Source: Eledone cirrhosa (Eukaryota). From it: 64,000 nucleotides of DNA. Positions within the stretch are counted from its first letter, which is position 1; each line of letters begins with the position of its first letter. Of this stretch, positions 15,029 through 29,240 are shown one piece after another. Position numbers and translations under genes: made by a program. The notes beneath the pieces are model-generated. The model was not told where the DNA came from, did not search any database, and was given only the letters and a program-made list of their open reading frames with translations. The stretch spans positions 322,338,001 through 322,402,000 of the forward strand of contig OZ024741.1 in the NCBI GenBank assembly GCA_964016885.1, written 5' to 3'.

Positions 15029-15085
15029 CAGTAAACTCGCAGCTTAACTAGTATTCGAGTTTACTGTATATATATATATATATAT

Positions 15086-15762
15086 AAACGGAAAAAAATG
15101 AAACGAAATTTCATTTCCCACTCTTAGTACGGCTGTTACTTAAATATAAGTATGTACACCTACATATATATGTATACATACGTACAGTAGTATGTATATA
15201 TATATACATACATACACGCATATATATATGTACGTATGGATTCACCGAACATTTATTATAATGTTCGGTGTGTTTGTAAACAAACATCCCGTATTAAGCC
15301 GTAGTGTCTAGCAACCATCGTTGCTCGTTTGTTCAACACTTATATTTAAGTAGCAGCCGTACTAAGAGTGGGAAATGAAATTTCGTTTCATTTTTTCCGT
15401 TTATCCTTTTCGGTGCACCCGGCCGATTAACCGACTCGATATGCAAATTGGGCTACTCAGCCGTTAATATGCATAAGGTAAGTATATACGTTCAATAATC
15501 TGGCAGGAAGGTATACGTTGCTGACGATAGCTAATAAGCTTGAAACTAGTACAGCGTTCCTTTGTCAGTGTTGAACAAACGAGCAACGATGGTTGCTACA
15601 CACTACGGCTTAATACGGGATGTTTGTTTACAAACACACCGGGCATTATAATAAATGATCGGTGAATCCATACGTACATATATATATATGTGTGCATGTA
15701 TGTATATATATATATACATGCTACTGTACGTCTGTATACATATATGTATGTACGTGTACATA

Positions 15763-15766
<4 letters not shown>
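15086..15766. mobile_element. HHR-containing ~430-nt unit (family B), inverted partial plus one full monomer
   Basis: Minus-sense arm 15086-15340; plus-sense monomer 15338-15764; homologous to 40177-40779 and 43738-44250. Confidence 0.8.
15516..15556 (+). ncRNA. Type I minimal hammerhead ribozyme (family B)
   Basis: cgttg CTGACGA t-agct-aata-agct-t GAAA ctag TA cagcg; palindromic ctag stem III. Confidence 0.8.
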
Positions 15767-15801
<35 letters not shown>

Positions 15802-15974
15802 TAAACTCGCAGCATAACTAGTATTCAAAGCAATCATTGGAAAAACCACAATCATACACACTCGCGCGCACGCACGCCCCCCCCCCCACCACACACACAC
15901 CACATACGCGCACGCACACACACACCACATACACGCACACACACAAACACAAACACGTGAAGAAAATAATAATT

Positions 15975-17630
15975 TGTGTTTACAACTTGTGTTTCGTTTT
16001 GTTATGATGTTTGTATTTGTGATGCTTGGGGTTGTTGTGATGATTGTGGTTGTTGTGATGCTCGGGGCTGTTGTGATTCTCGGGGTTGTTGTGATGTTTG
16101 TAGTTGTGATGCTTGGGGTTGTTGTGATGATTGTGGTTGTTGTGATGCTCGGGGTTGTTGTGATTCTCGGGGTTGTTGTGATGTTTGTAGTTGTGATGCT
16201 TGGGGTTGTTGTGATGATTGTGGTTGTTGTGATGCTCGGGGCTGTTGTGATTCTCGGGGTTGTTGTGATGTTTGTAGTTGTGATGCTTGGGGTTGTTGTG
16301 ATGATTGTGGTTGTTGTGATGCTCGGGTTGTTGTGATTCTCGGGGTTGTTGTGATGTTTGTAGTTGTGATGCTTGGGGTTGTTATGATGATTGTGGTTGT
16401 TGTGATGTTTGGGTTGTAGTGATGTTCGGGGTTGTTGTGATGTTTGTAGTTGTGATGCTTGGGGCTGTTATGATGTTTTGTGTTGTTGTGATGTTTGGAG
16501 TTGTGATGTTTGGGTTGTAGTGATGTTCGGGGTTGTTGATATGTTTGGTGTTGTGATGTTGGGGCTGTTGTGATGTTTTGTGCTGTGATGTTTGGAGTTG
16601 TGATGTTTGTAGTTGTGATGTTTGGGGTTGTTGTGATGTTTGTAGTGTGATGTTTGTGGTGTGGTGTTTGGGGCTATTGTGATGTTTGTAGTGTGGTGTT
16701 TGTAGTTGTGATGTTTGGGGTTGTTGTGATGTTTGTAGTGTGGTGTTTGGGGTGCTGTGATGTTTGGGGTTGTTGTGATGTTTGTAGTTGTTGTGATGTT
16801 TGGGATTGTTGTGATATTTAGGGTTGTTGTGATGTTTGGTGTTGTGATGTTTGGGGTTGTTGTGATGTTTAGGGTTATTGTGACGTTTGGTGTTGTGATG
16901 TTTGGGATTGTTGTGATGTTTGTAGTTGTTGAGATGTTTGGAGTTGTTGTAATGGCTATTGCAATGATTGATGTTGTGATAGCTGTCGTTGTTATGGTTG
17001 ATTTTGTTGTTATTGTGGTTGTAATTGCTCTAATGGTTATTGTAATGTTCGTTGTTCTTGTGGTAATTTTTGCTGTTATTACTGTTGTGGTTAGGGTTGT
17101 GATGGTTACGTTATTATTGTTGATGCTGTTCTTGTTGTTGTTGTTGCTGTTATCTTTGATGGCTGTTGGTGTGGTTGCGGGTGGGCTTGTTGTAAACGTT
17201 GTGATGTTTGTAATGGTTGTTGTATTGTTATTGTTGATGTATTTTATGGTGTTGTTGTTGTTGATGGTTGTTGTTTACGGTTGTAGTTATTATTGTGACT
17301 GTTGTTGTGATGGATGTTGATGTTGATGTTTTGATGGCAGTTAGTGTTCTGATGGTTGACGGCATTATGGTTGTTGTTGCTGTTGTTGTGGTTAGGATTG
17401 TTGTGATGTTGTGTTGTTGATATTATCGATGGCTGTTGCTGGTGTTTGGTCCCATGGCTGTTGTTGGGACAGTTGTGGTTGTGATGGTGTTTGTTGTTGT
17501 GGTGACTGTTGTGATTGCTGTTGTTGATGTGATGCTGATTCTAATCATATGAATGTTGTTCCGATTGTTGTTGTTGTAATGGTTATTATTGTTGCTGTTG
17601 ATAATTTTGATCATAATGCTGTTGTTGTGC
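15975..17630. repeat. GT-rich minisatellite decaying into (GTT/GAT)n low complexity
   Basis: 15-18-bp subunits (gttgtgatgtttgg...); 87-bp period at 16021/16108/16195/16282. Confidence 0.9.
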
Positions 17631-17766
17631 TATGTGAAATTTCCGTTGTATGAAGATGTTTACACAGCTGCTGTATAAAGTGTTTCGCCATGTTCACATC
17701 TATACACCTTGTAAACACAGCTGAACTAAAGCTAAACCCCCTAGCAGAGCGTTCCTCTGTCTTGTC

Positions 17767-17844
<78 letters not shown>

Positions 17845-18014
17845 GTCTTTCTGTTTGTCTTTCCGTCTCTGTGTCATCCAACGAATCTCTCTCGCTCTCT
17901 CTCTTTCCCTCTCTCCATCTCACCCTTTCTCCCTCTTCCCTATCTCCTCTCTTCCCCTCCCCTCTCTCCAGATCTACGCATGTGTCTGTGTGCGTCTGTG
18001 TATATGTGTATATG

Positions 18015-18103
<89 letters not shown>

Positions 18104-21100
18104 CCTCCAACTATATACGTACAATCGAACGCGTACGTACACACAGCAACAATCTCTCTTTCCCTCTCCCCCTACAACACCTCCACCAGATTGATCGACG
18201 CCGTAAATATTCATATATTGAGTACTTACTCGCCTAGTTATTCAAAGGAAACATACAACACACTCCCGTACACACACACTCGCGCGCGCGCGCGCAATCG
18301 ATCAATAAAGTACAAACCCAGACTTGTACTCTCGGTCATTCTACGCCAATGAAACCACGATCAACTTAGGCCTGATAAGCCTCCCGGCTTTAGTTAGGTT
18401 AATGGTTTGGCGGAATTGTTAAAGCTTCAGACCAGATGTTTTCCGGTATTTGTTCCGGTTCTTTGCATTCTGTGTACATACATTCATCGCCTTGCTGGGA
18501 GAGAACATAAAGTAAAGGAGCCGATCATTAGATCTGACCAAGGAAACTCCTGGAAGAAGAAAAGAGCTGATCATTAGGTCAGACCACGGAAACAATGTTT
18601 TCATTGCTGATGTTATACGTTGCATACGACTCCAGGCAGAAGGAATGGGCTGATCATCAGGTCAGACCAAAGAAATAATGTTTCCATAGGTCTTTCCATT
18701 GCTGATGCTATCTGATGCTATCCATTGCTGATGCTGGCAGAAGAAGACAGTTGATCATCAGACCAGGTCAAGGAAATATATTGGTCACAACTGACAGAAG
18801 AAAGGAGCTGGTCATCAAATCAGATCAGATCAATAAAACAATGTTTCCATTGATCTTTCCATTACTGATAATATCTGCCGGTCAAAACTCCCAGCAGAGA
18901 TGAAATCCGATCAATAGTAAGATTATTACGAAGCGCTCGAATATGATATGTGATACAGAGATTGTCTATGAAAGTACAACAGACCTACAAAGCTAATGTG
19001 GCAAAAGGTTAATATTAGCCGTATGTATCCGAAGGTTAGGGCACGGCCTCAACCATTCTATCACTGTATGCCTAAGTGCTTTTTCATTTCACACTATTGG
19101 TCCACTTTTCTATCCTAAATCTATTTTGAATTTCGTTTTTCAGTTCTTCAAAATACATTTCATCGAAAGTTCGCACTATATTACATATGTGAGATCATAC
19201 CATGTTAGTTGTCTATTTATAGCCAAGCCGCTTCCATTTAGGCTATTTTTAGTCTAACAACACATATTTGACATATATCCAGTCTAAGGACACACACACA
19301 TTTCTAATTTATATTTAGCCTAAGCACACACATATATCTAGTTTATATATAGTTCAAGACACATATCTAATTTATATTTAGTCTAAGCACATAAACATTT
19401 ACACAGTAAGAAGTTTGATTATGTATATTTAGATTGTAGTGTTTAGTTAGTTTAACCATATAAAAGTTTCTCACTAAGAGATTAACAAACGTTAAGAGAT
19501 TGAATATTCTAGTTGCTATTGTGATGGAAGAGGTGGTGGTATTACTGTTCCTATTCTTGATTATAGTACCTAGTGGTCGTGGTGGTGTGTTTGTATGTGT
19601 GTTGATAACTAAAATTATGGTGAGGGTGGCGGTGGTGCTGGTGGTGATGCATGTGTAGCAATAATATGATAGTCTCTTCAATAGGGTTTCATTCCGTCTA
19701 TTAAGCGTGCCACCAAAAACTTGACCTCTAAACGACACGACAGAGCTGTTTCTCTTTACCTCGTGTTGGTGCCACTGGTCAGGAGAGACAAGACAACTTG
19801 AGCTTAAATGAGATAATTTTTTCTCTAAGTCATTCGAAACTGGTTTCTTGGAAAAGAAGGATCATTTTAAGTGGCAGAGCGGATTTCAAGCAGTTAAGAT
19901 GTCCACTCCTTCACACAGACCTTATGGGTATCTTTCTCTCCCCCCCCTCTCTCTCTCTTGGTCTCTTTCACTGTCAGACAAATGACCATCTTCTCATTAT
20001 TTTAAATCATTACACACACACATATAACACAACTTAAGCCTTGTTTTCATTACGTTGTCTATGATAGCTTCGTAGCAGGCTATTAACTTAATAAATATAT
20101 TTTAGTAGCGACCATGCTTTTACTTGTTCAATCCTCGGCATTTTTACACATACATGGGACAATTTTTACCTGATGCATAATACCCCAGCAAGCCAATAAT
20201 AATCCCTACTACAAACTCTGCCACGCTCAAAGGACCAACAACACTCAACAATCAACTTCATTCAACTTTTACCACCATCTACTTCTGCTACATTTTCTTT
20301 ACGCTACATATCTATTTGTTACATTGGTGACCCTGACATTTCGAACTGCCTTCTGATGCATTTGCTAATGCCAGACCTGTCAACTCTCCCCGTCCGACAG
20401 GGAGATCTCTTACCCACTCCAAGGTGGGTGAGAGATGTCTTCTCCTGTGAAAATGGGTATACTTTTCATCATGTAAAATCTCCCCATTTCGGGGCACTTC
20501 TTTTCATGGTACTCCCCGTTTGGGTTTTTAGAGGTTGGCAGGTCGGTAATGCTGCATACTACTTCACCACTTCTCACTTCGAATGCAGTTCTCGATAAGG
20601 TACGGGAGAATGGCAACTACTATTATTTTAAAAACTAGACTCAATTCACATCACCAACACGACCAACAGCATAGAATCATCTCTCACTTCAACAAATTTC
20701 CTCTCACTATATTTGGTGACACCCTGACGCTAGAAAGAGCAGCCTTCAGAACAGTTTTACGCACACAGAGTTTTCTCACAAGCTATTGGTATCACCAATA
20801 TTTCAAAACCAAACTCTTTTACAACAACAATTCTGAACCATGGCTTTAAAAAAAGCACAAACGCATACAAGAACTGTATGAACTCTAATTGTTTACGACG
20901 GTTGTGTCTTTTCTTCCTTTTAAAAACAAAACTTCAATCACGAACTCTAACTGTATCATTTTATTAATTTTCATGTATACGCCTGTGTTGCTGTTTGCAC
21001 ATTTTCATAATTTGTTTTTCTTCAACCTTCATCTTATGCATGTATCATATTTGTACACACACACACACACACACGCACACATACACACGTGTGCACACGC

Positions 21101-21133
21101 ACACACACGCACGCACACACACACACACACACG

Positions 21134-21288
<155 letters not shown>

Positions 21289-21289
21289 G

Positions 21290-21900
21290 CATCAATTGCT
21301 GGAGCTGGTGCATTAATGCACCAGCTTCAGCACTCGGTTATCAGAAGAATGGAGGAAGGTGTAAAAGCTAAACTGGCTATCTTCATTTCGGTGTTTGTGC
21401 CAACCCCTACCTATGGTCATTAATCTTGGATAATAAGGGCGGGGGATTGGCAGTATCGGTAGAAAATCGGACGTCATGCTTTGCAGCATAGAGTTACGCC
21501 CCTTTATGGTCTGAGTTCAAATCCCTCCAAGGTTAACTTTGTCTTTCATCCTTACGGAGTTGATAAAATAAAGCACCAGTAATACACTGGGAGTAATTGC
21601 TGGTCTTGTGCCAAAAGTAGAAACAATTAATCTTGGATAACAACCAAGTGTACGGTCACGAGTTTAAGCGATCGAAATGGGGTTTCAATGATTCTTTCCT
21701 TTTAAAGCCGTTACTTCTTCACACCGAGAGATCACAGCTCCGCTATTTCGGACGTGCGACTAGAATATCTGAGTAATGAATCACAGAATAGATTTTACGA
21801 GCGAAGCAAATTGGGAGGAGAGCCAGAAGTAGCTGGTTTGGTCTTGTTTAAAGATCCAGCCAGATCACTTGGAGACGGTTGCTTCTGATAGAAGCCACTG
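21290..21900 (+). mobile_element. Old RTE (Rex3/Expander-like) 3' fragment interrupted by a SINE
   Basis: KAKLAIFISVFVPTPTYGH resembles the RTE C-terminal segment; a QLRYFGR-like segment follows the SINE. Confidence 0.55.
21434..21627 (+). mobile_element. tRNA-derived SINE with 15-bp TSD
   Basis: attaatcttggataa at 21419-21433 and 21626-21640. Confidence 0.88.
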
Positions 21901-22102
21901 ACTGAAGAAGAAGGTGTATGAGGAGGAGGAAGAAGGGGAAGAAGAAGGAGAAGGAGAAGGGAGAGGAGGATGAGGGGGGTGAGGAGAAGAGAAGAATGTA
22001 TATATATATATATATGTATATATAATATATACATATATATATATATTATATATATATAAGTTTATCCCGGGTTCAATCGGGGGTAACCACAGTAAGGCAC
22101 TC

Positions 22103-22360
22103 AATCGCTCTGTATAATCAGCTGTATAATCAGCTCCTGATTATTACTGGAATTCTATAAGAATCCAGCTTCTATAATTTTCGGCGGAAGCAGAGAGTGC
22201 GTGGCTCTGATGATCGTCAAACAGCGTGAAAGAGACTGTTAGCTTTTCTCCCTTCTTTTGCCGAAAAGAAGTAAGTGACAAACTTTAAAACCGATAGCGT
22301 ATGGTCTTCAACATTTTTTAATTAAACATACGGTATATTGCCAAATATACTATACATACA

Positions 22361-22365
<5 letters not shown>
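22103..22365 (+). mobile_element. HHR-containing ~320-nt unit (family D), partial monomer; HHR 22203-22244
   Basis: ggct CTGATGA ... GAAA gagactg TT agct; homologous to 55031-55484 and 25017-25447. Confidence 0.7.
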
Positions 22366-22432
<67 letters not shown>

Positions 22433-22849
22433 CAGGGAGAAAAAGACGGTTATTAGGAAGAAAAATATTTTTTTTCCCTGTTTATTTATTTCTCTCTTTT
22501 TTCTGGGTTAGAAACTGATTAAAACGAAATATTTTACTTTGTGTGAAGTGTTAAGGTAATAGTTGATTTATTAGAAAGAGATACACTATATATATATATA
22601 TATAGTTATGTAATAAACAACATAAGGCAATTATTCCATTTACCAGTGGTTTCTTAAAAGCAAAAGATTTTGCTTTCAATCCTCAGAATGAAAAAATCCT
22701 GGTCTGTTTATTGAATTTGGATTTTAAAAACAAAAATGCAATCTATATGAAAGTGAGGCTGGAGAAGGAAGAAGGAAAGGAAAAATAAAATAAAACTACA
22801 CATGCAAACACGCACACAAAAACACAAAAGCACACACACACACACACAT

Positions 22850-22928
<79 letters not shown>

Positions 22929-23220
22929 CATACACTCATATATACACACACACACATATATACACACATATATGTGTATATAAATACACACAAACACATA
23001 CATATACACATATATACATACGCACATAAATATCAACACATCCATATATACACATACATATATACAACCACACACACATATATACACACATACATACACA
23101 TAGAAACATAAATATAAATACATATACATACAAACATATACATACAGATATATATATATATATATATATAGATATAGATAGGTAAATATACACGGGTGTG
23201 TATGATTGTGTATAGAAGAT

Positions 23221-23423
23221 TATATTAATAAGAGGAATTCCAACTTTGTCTGATTTACTCGTTTTATTTACAATCCTTTAAAATATATATAATGGTATTA
23301 TAATGAAATAGTATGATAGAATATTCTATCATACTATTTCATTATAATACTATTATATATATTTTAAAGGATTGTAAATAAAACGAGTAAATCAGACAAA
23401 GTTGGAATTCCTCTTATTAATAT
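23221..23423. repeat. Near-perfect ~200-bp loopless palindrome
   Basis: Centre gatagaatattctatc at ~23322; arms tatattaataagaggaattccaac... / ...gttggaattcctcttattaatata. Confidence 0.9.
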
Positions 23424-24321
23424 ATATAAATATATACACATATACATATATATATATGTGTACAAGCATACACATACACAAACATAGCGATACACACATA
23501 CATATAGATACATACATACATACATACATACATACATACATACATACATACATACATACATGCACATACTCATACATATATACACACGTACATACATACA
23601 CATACATAAATGCACTCCTGTATGTATGTACGTGTGTATATATGTGCTATATTTGGTGCTACTGGTAACATGTATCCCAGTACAACCTGTCTCATGGTCG
23701 GGTCGTTGGCGACTAAACTGGCAACCCACCAAGGTTTCTTGGTGAGGAGGGTGACTTTAGACATCCTGCAGGACTAAAAACAAAACCTGTCAAAGGGCAA
23801 AGGAGCTCTTAAGAGTCAATGGTCATCCAAAATCACTGGGAGAGATGACCCCCTTAGCCTTTGTCAAGGCAAAATTCTAGGAGAAGGAAAACTCTGATAT
23901 AACACCTGCAACCCTGATGGTATCCAATGATGTTGACTTGTTCTTCTTTTTGGTAAATATCGTCTTGGTTAAGAGAGTGGGACTGGCTTTGTGCAGTGCC
24001 TTTGCTCACTATAAAAGCTTCACGGCACAGGCATTGCTTTATATCTGGAGATCTCTCTGCACTTGTCGTCACATGGTACCATGGACCCAGCACTATGTGT
24101 CAATAATTGTCACAGGTGTAGAGTTTTCAAGTCGCTGGCTGGACTAAAAAGTCACACTCGTTCAGCGCATCGGTAGGGTTCCCCTACATGGATATAAAGT
24201 AGTGGCCGTACTCGAAAACGAGTTGGCAGCCACCATATATGTATGATTGTGTGCATGTATGTATGTATATGTATGTGTGTATGGCTATGTTTGTGTATGT
24301 GTATGCTTGTACACATATATA

Positions 24322-24416
<95 letters not shown>

Positions 24417-24617
24417 ATGTATATGTATTTATATTTATGTTTCTATGTGTATGTATGTGTGTATATATGTGTGTGTGGTTGTATATATGTATGTGTATAT
24501 ATGGATGTGTTGATATTTATGTGCGTATGTATATATGTCTATATGTATGTGTTTGTGTGTATTTATATACACATATATGTGTGTATATATGTGTGTGTGT
24601 GTATGTATGAGTGTATG

Positions 24618-25583
<966 letters not shown>

Positions 25584-25902
25584 ATGCTTTTGTGTTTTTG
25601 TGTGCGTGTTTGCATGTGTAGTTTTATTTTATTTTTCCTTTCCTTCTTCCTTCTCCAGCCTCACTTTCATATAGATTGCATTTTTGTTTTTAAAATCCAA
25701 ATTCAATAAACGGACCAGGATTTTTTCATTCTGAGGATTGAAAGCAAAATCTTTTGCTTTTAAGAAACCACTGATAAATGGAATAATTGCCTTATGTTGT
25801 TTATTACATAACTATTAAGCTCTGTTACCTACATAGAGCACTCTTTTTTCCTGGACTTTTCCGACGGAATTACTTCATTCATTCACTCATATATATATAT
25901 AT

Positions 25903-26558
25903 ATACAAATATATTACACAAAGAGAAGTGTGTTACACAATGAGATGTGTGTAAAGAATTATTACAAGAGATTATTATTACTGTGAACTGCGGAATACTC
26001 TTAATTCCGATCCTAGTATACTTAACGAGCTCCAAATTGTTGAGCTAATAAATTCGAATGTTTGGGCTGATCTCTAGCATTTTCCCCAATCCACGAGAGC
26101 CGTTATTTGATGCAAATAACACGTGATTTCCCCCTACCCTGGGCAGCGAGAATATTAGCTTTCTCTCTATCCATGAGGTTAGATGTGTAGTAAACAGAAC
26201 CCACATTTGCTGACTGATTAACCTGTGGCTGTTAAACTGCACATTTCAGTGGGGAAACGAAATTGATTCGTATCAGCAAACTTATAGTTATAAGGTTAAT
26301 AATTTAAAACTCTACTTCAGAGATGTGATTCTGACTTAGTTTTTTTCCTATTTAATTGCTAAACCTGTAGATATTGTTTTCTATACAGTAACAGTAAAAC
26401 TCACTTGTAATAATTCTTTACACACATCTCACTGCGTAACACACTTCTCTTTGTGTAATATATTTGTATCTGAGCTCAGAAAAAAATTCTCTATTCTTCT
26501 TTGAGCTAATATTATTATTATTACTGTGAACTGCGGAATACTCTTAATTCCGATCCTA

Positions 26559-26563
<5 letters not shown>
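25903..26563 (+). mobile_element. HHR-containing ~543-nt unit (family C/G) with 5' inverted piece; HHR-like 26206-26280
   Basis: Direct repeat 25971-26020 / 26514-26563; inverted 25903-25968 / 26404-26469; tttgctga CTGATTA ... GAAA cgaa-attga-ttcg TA tcagcaaa. Confidence 0.7.
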
Positions 26564-26590
<27 letters not shown>

Positions 26591-26592
<2 letters not shown>

Positions 26593-27282
26593 CGAAGGAA
26601 ATGTGGTACGGAACCAGGTGGACCATAACGCACCAAAGTACTCAATACTTAGGGTAGTAGAGTGGGTAATAGGAACAAGTAAGACCCCGACGGCTGAGCT
26701 CAAGCCGTTTCGACGGCTAATTCTGGACTGAATGAAAATTTATTCTGGTATTTAAATAGCCGAGCTTATCAAGGGGTAATTCCATATATGGTCAAAGAGA
26801 CAATCACCAGGATTGGTCACATCACAAATTAGTAGTAAATCTGTGATGGCAAATTAGTGGGGGAAGGGGTAGCTAAACCTGCCGGTAGGAGAAAAAGGGA
26901 GAGGGGGTGGAGTACTGTTTATAGTTTTACCCTTCATTGTTCTACTTACCGTTTCGACTTCCTCCCCCTCCCCCTCCCCAGTATCCTCTTTGACCTCACG
27001 CCCAGCTGTAGCCGGCACTACCAACGCATGAACGGATCTACTCCACCCCCCTCTCCCCTTTTCTCCTACCGGCAGGTTTAGCTACCTCTTCCCCCACCAA
27101 TTTGCCATCACAGATTTACTACTAACTTGTGATGTGACCAATCCTGGTGATTGTCTCTTTGACCATATATGGAATTACCCCTTGATAAGCTCGGCTATTT
27201 AAATACCAGAATAAATTTTCATTCAGTCCAGAATTAGCCGTCGAAACGGCTTGAGCTCAGCCGTCGGGGTCTTACTTGTTCC

Positions 27283-27284
<2 letters not shown>
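26591..27284. mobile_element. Fold-back HHR element (family F)
   Basis: ~245-bp inverted arms 26670-26914 / 27039-27284, 79-bp unpaired extension, (TA)n on both sides. Confidence 0.8.
27177..27270 (+). ncRNA. Hammerhead ribozyme, U3-A8 variant with long stem II insert; antisense twin 26684-26777
   Basis: acccc TTGATAA gctcggcta...tagccgtc GAAA cggct-tgagctc-agccg TC ggggt. Confidence 0.75.
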
Positions 27285-27310
<26 letters not shown>

Positions 27311-27313
<3 letters not shown>

Positions 27314-28333
27314 GGGTACATGAAAAATGTAGTGGGATGATAGGCAAGCTATCTAAGAATGTAGACTTTATATATGGCCGATGCTCAGGTACAGTAAGTA
27401 GGGAGTGCCCACTGGATACTAACTCCTTCAACTGCCCAGATGGCTCTATAGAAATAGTAGACACTTTCTGTTGCCTGGGTGACAAAATCAGCAGTGGAGG
27501 AGGGTGTTCTGAAAGTGTAGAAGCCAGAGTTAGAACGGGATGGAAAAAGTTCAGAGAGCTAATACCGCTGTTGGCCACAAAGGGTTTTTCTCTAAAAATG
27601 AAAGGCAGATTGTATGATGCTTGTATACGAACGACAATGTTACATGGTAGTGAGACCTAGGCGTTGTGTGCAGAAGACTTCAAAGATTAGAAAGAAACGA
27701 AGTTTGCTTTCTCCGATGGATGTGTAATAGTAATGTACGCGGACAGCAAAGCAAAAACGAATTAAGAGATAGAAACTAAGAATAAGAGGTATCAAATGTG
27801 TTCTGGAGAGGAGATTGCGTTGGTATGGACATGTGATGCGTATGAAGAACAACAGCTGTATAAAAAAGCGCAGAGCGATCAAAATTGATGGAAGCTACGG
27901 AGTGGGTAGACCAAGAAAAACCTGGGAAGAGGTGATAAAAACTGACATTGCTCACTTACACTTCTCTAATACAATGTCACTGGATCGAGATCTTTGGCGC
28001 TATGCAGTTATACAAAAGCCCGCCTTCCCTTAACTACAAACTTAAACATACAGTTAGTAGACACCTCTTAACCCAATATACACCACACCCCCTACCCCAT
28101 CCTCCCATTTCCGTCCACTGTAAAGTGGTCGTGTAGGAGACACGGTAAAAGGCTCCCAGTCCACACTGTAAATGTGGTTGGTGTTAGGAAGGACATCCAG
28201 CCGTAGAAAACCTGCCAGAAACAGTTCTGTACGAGCGAGACACGGACTACCGACCAATCTTGCCTCAAGTGGGACAAACCCATCCAACCTATGCTAGCGT
28301 GGAAGATGGAGGTTGAACGATGATGATGATGAT
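27311..28333 (+). mobile_element. 5'-truncated RTE-clade LINE with (GAT)n tail
   Basis: FCCLGDKISSGGGCSESVEARVRTGWKKFREL, GRLYDACIRTTMLHGSET, RWYGHVMRM, GRPRKTWEEVI; stops and frameshifts. Confidence 0.85.
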
Positions 28334-28358
28334 ATCACACACACACACACACACACAC

Positions 28359-28414
<56 letters not shown>

Positions 28415-28596
28415 ATACATATGTATACATATGTATATATATATATACACATATATATATACATATATATATATCCATATATATACATATATATATATAT
28501 ACATATATATACATATGTATATACATATGTATATACATATGTATATACATATGTATATATATGTATATATATATATTTATATATTTGTATATATAT

Positions 28597-28692
<96 letters not shown>

Positions 28693-28850
28693 GCAAAATT
28701 GGCAAGAGATACGGTGAAAACAAACATAAGTAGAGAAACGGATGATATTTCATTTGGTGAAAATCAAGACCAACTAATCAGTATGCGACAACCAGCAAGG
28801 AATCACTTCTCTATTGCTACAAACAAATCATTGCTCGTATTATTTTAAAT

Positions 28851-29240
28851 AGGACAGTATATTGGCAGAATTGTTAGAGCGTCGTACAACATACTTTGCA
28901 GCATAGAGTTACGGCCTTTTGCGTTTTGCGTTCAAATACCGCTGAGGTTAGCCCTTCCTTTTATCTTTACGGAGTCAATGAAATAAAGTACCAGTAACGC
29001 ACTGGTGTCGATTTAATCGACTTTCTCCTCCACCCAAATTGTCTAAATCAGAAAACAATATTTTAAATAAAGCGGTAGATTGGCAGAACTATTAGATCAT
29101 CGGACAACATGCTTTGCGGCATATAGTTACGGCCCTTAACGTTCTGAGTTCAAATTCCGCTAAGGTTAGCTTTGCCTTTTATCCTTACGGAGTCAATAAA
29201 ATAAAGTACCAGTATCGCACTGGGGTCGATTTAATCAACA
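28851..29240 (+). mobile_element. Two tandem tRNA-derived SINE copies
   Basis: attggcagaa...gttcaaat...aaataaagtaccagt occurs twice. Confidence 0.75.

Noticed and set aside
15976-16419. Cys-rich metallothionein-like ORF (CCDD repeats)
   Set aside because: One frame of the GT-rich minisatellite
21797-21903. Possible minus-strand exon after a pyrimidine tract
   Set aside because: Plus strand continues the degraded RTE fragment; the tract is a (GGA/GAA)n repeat
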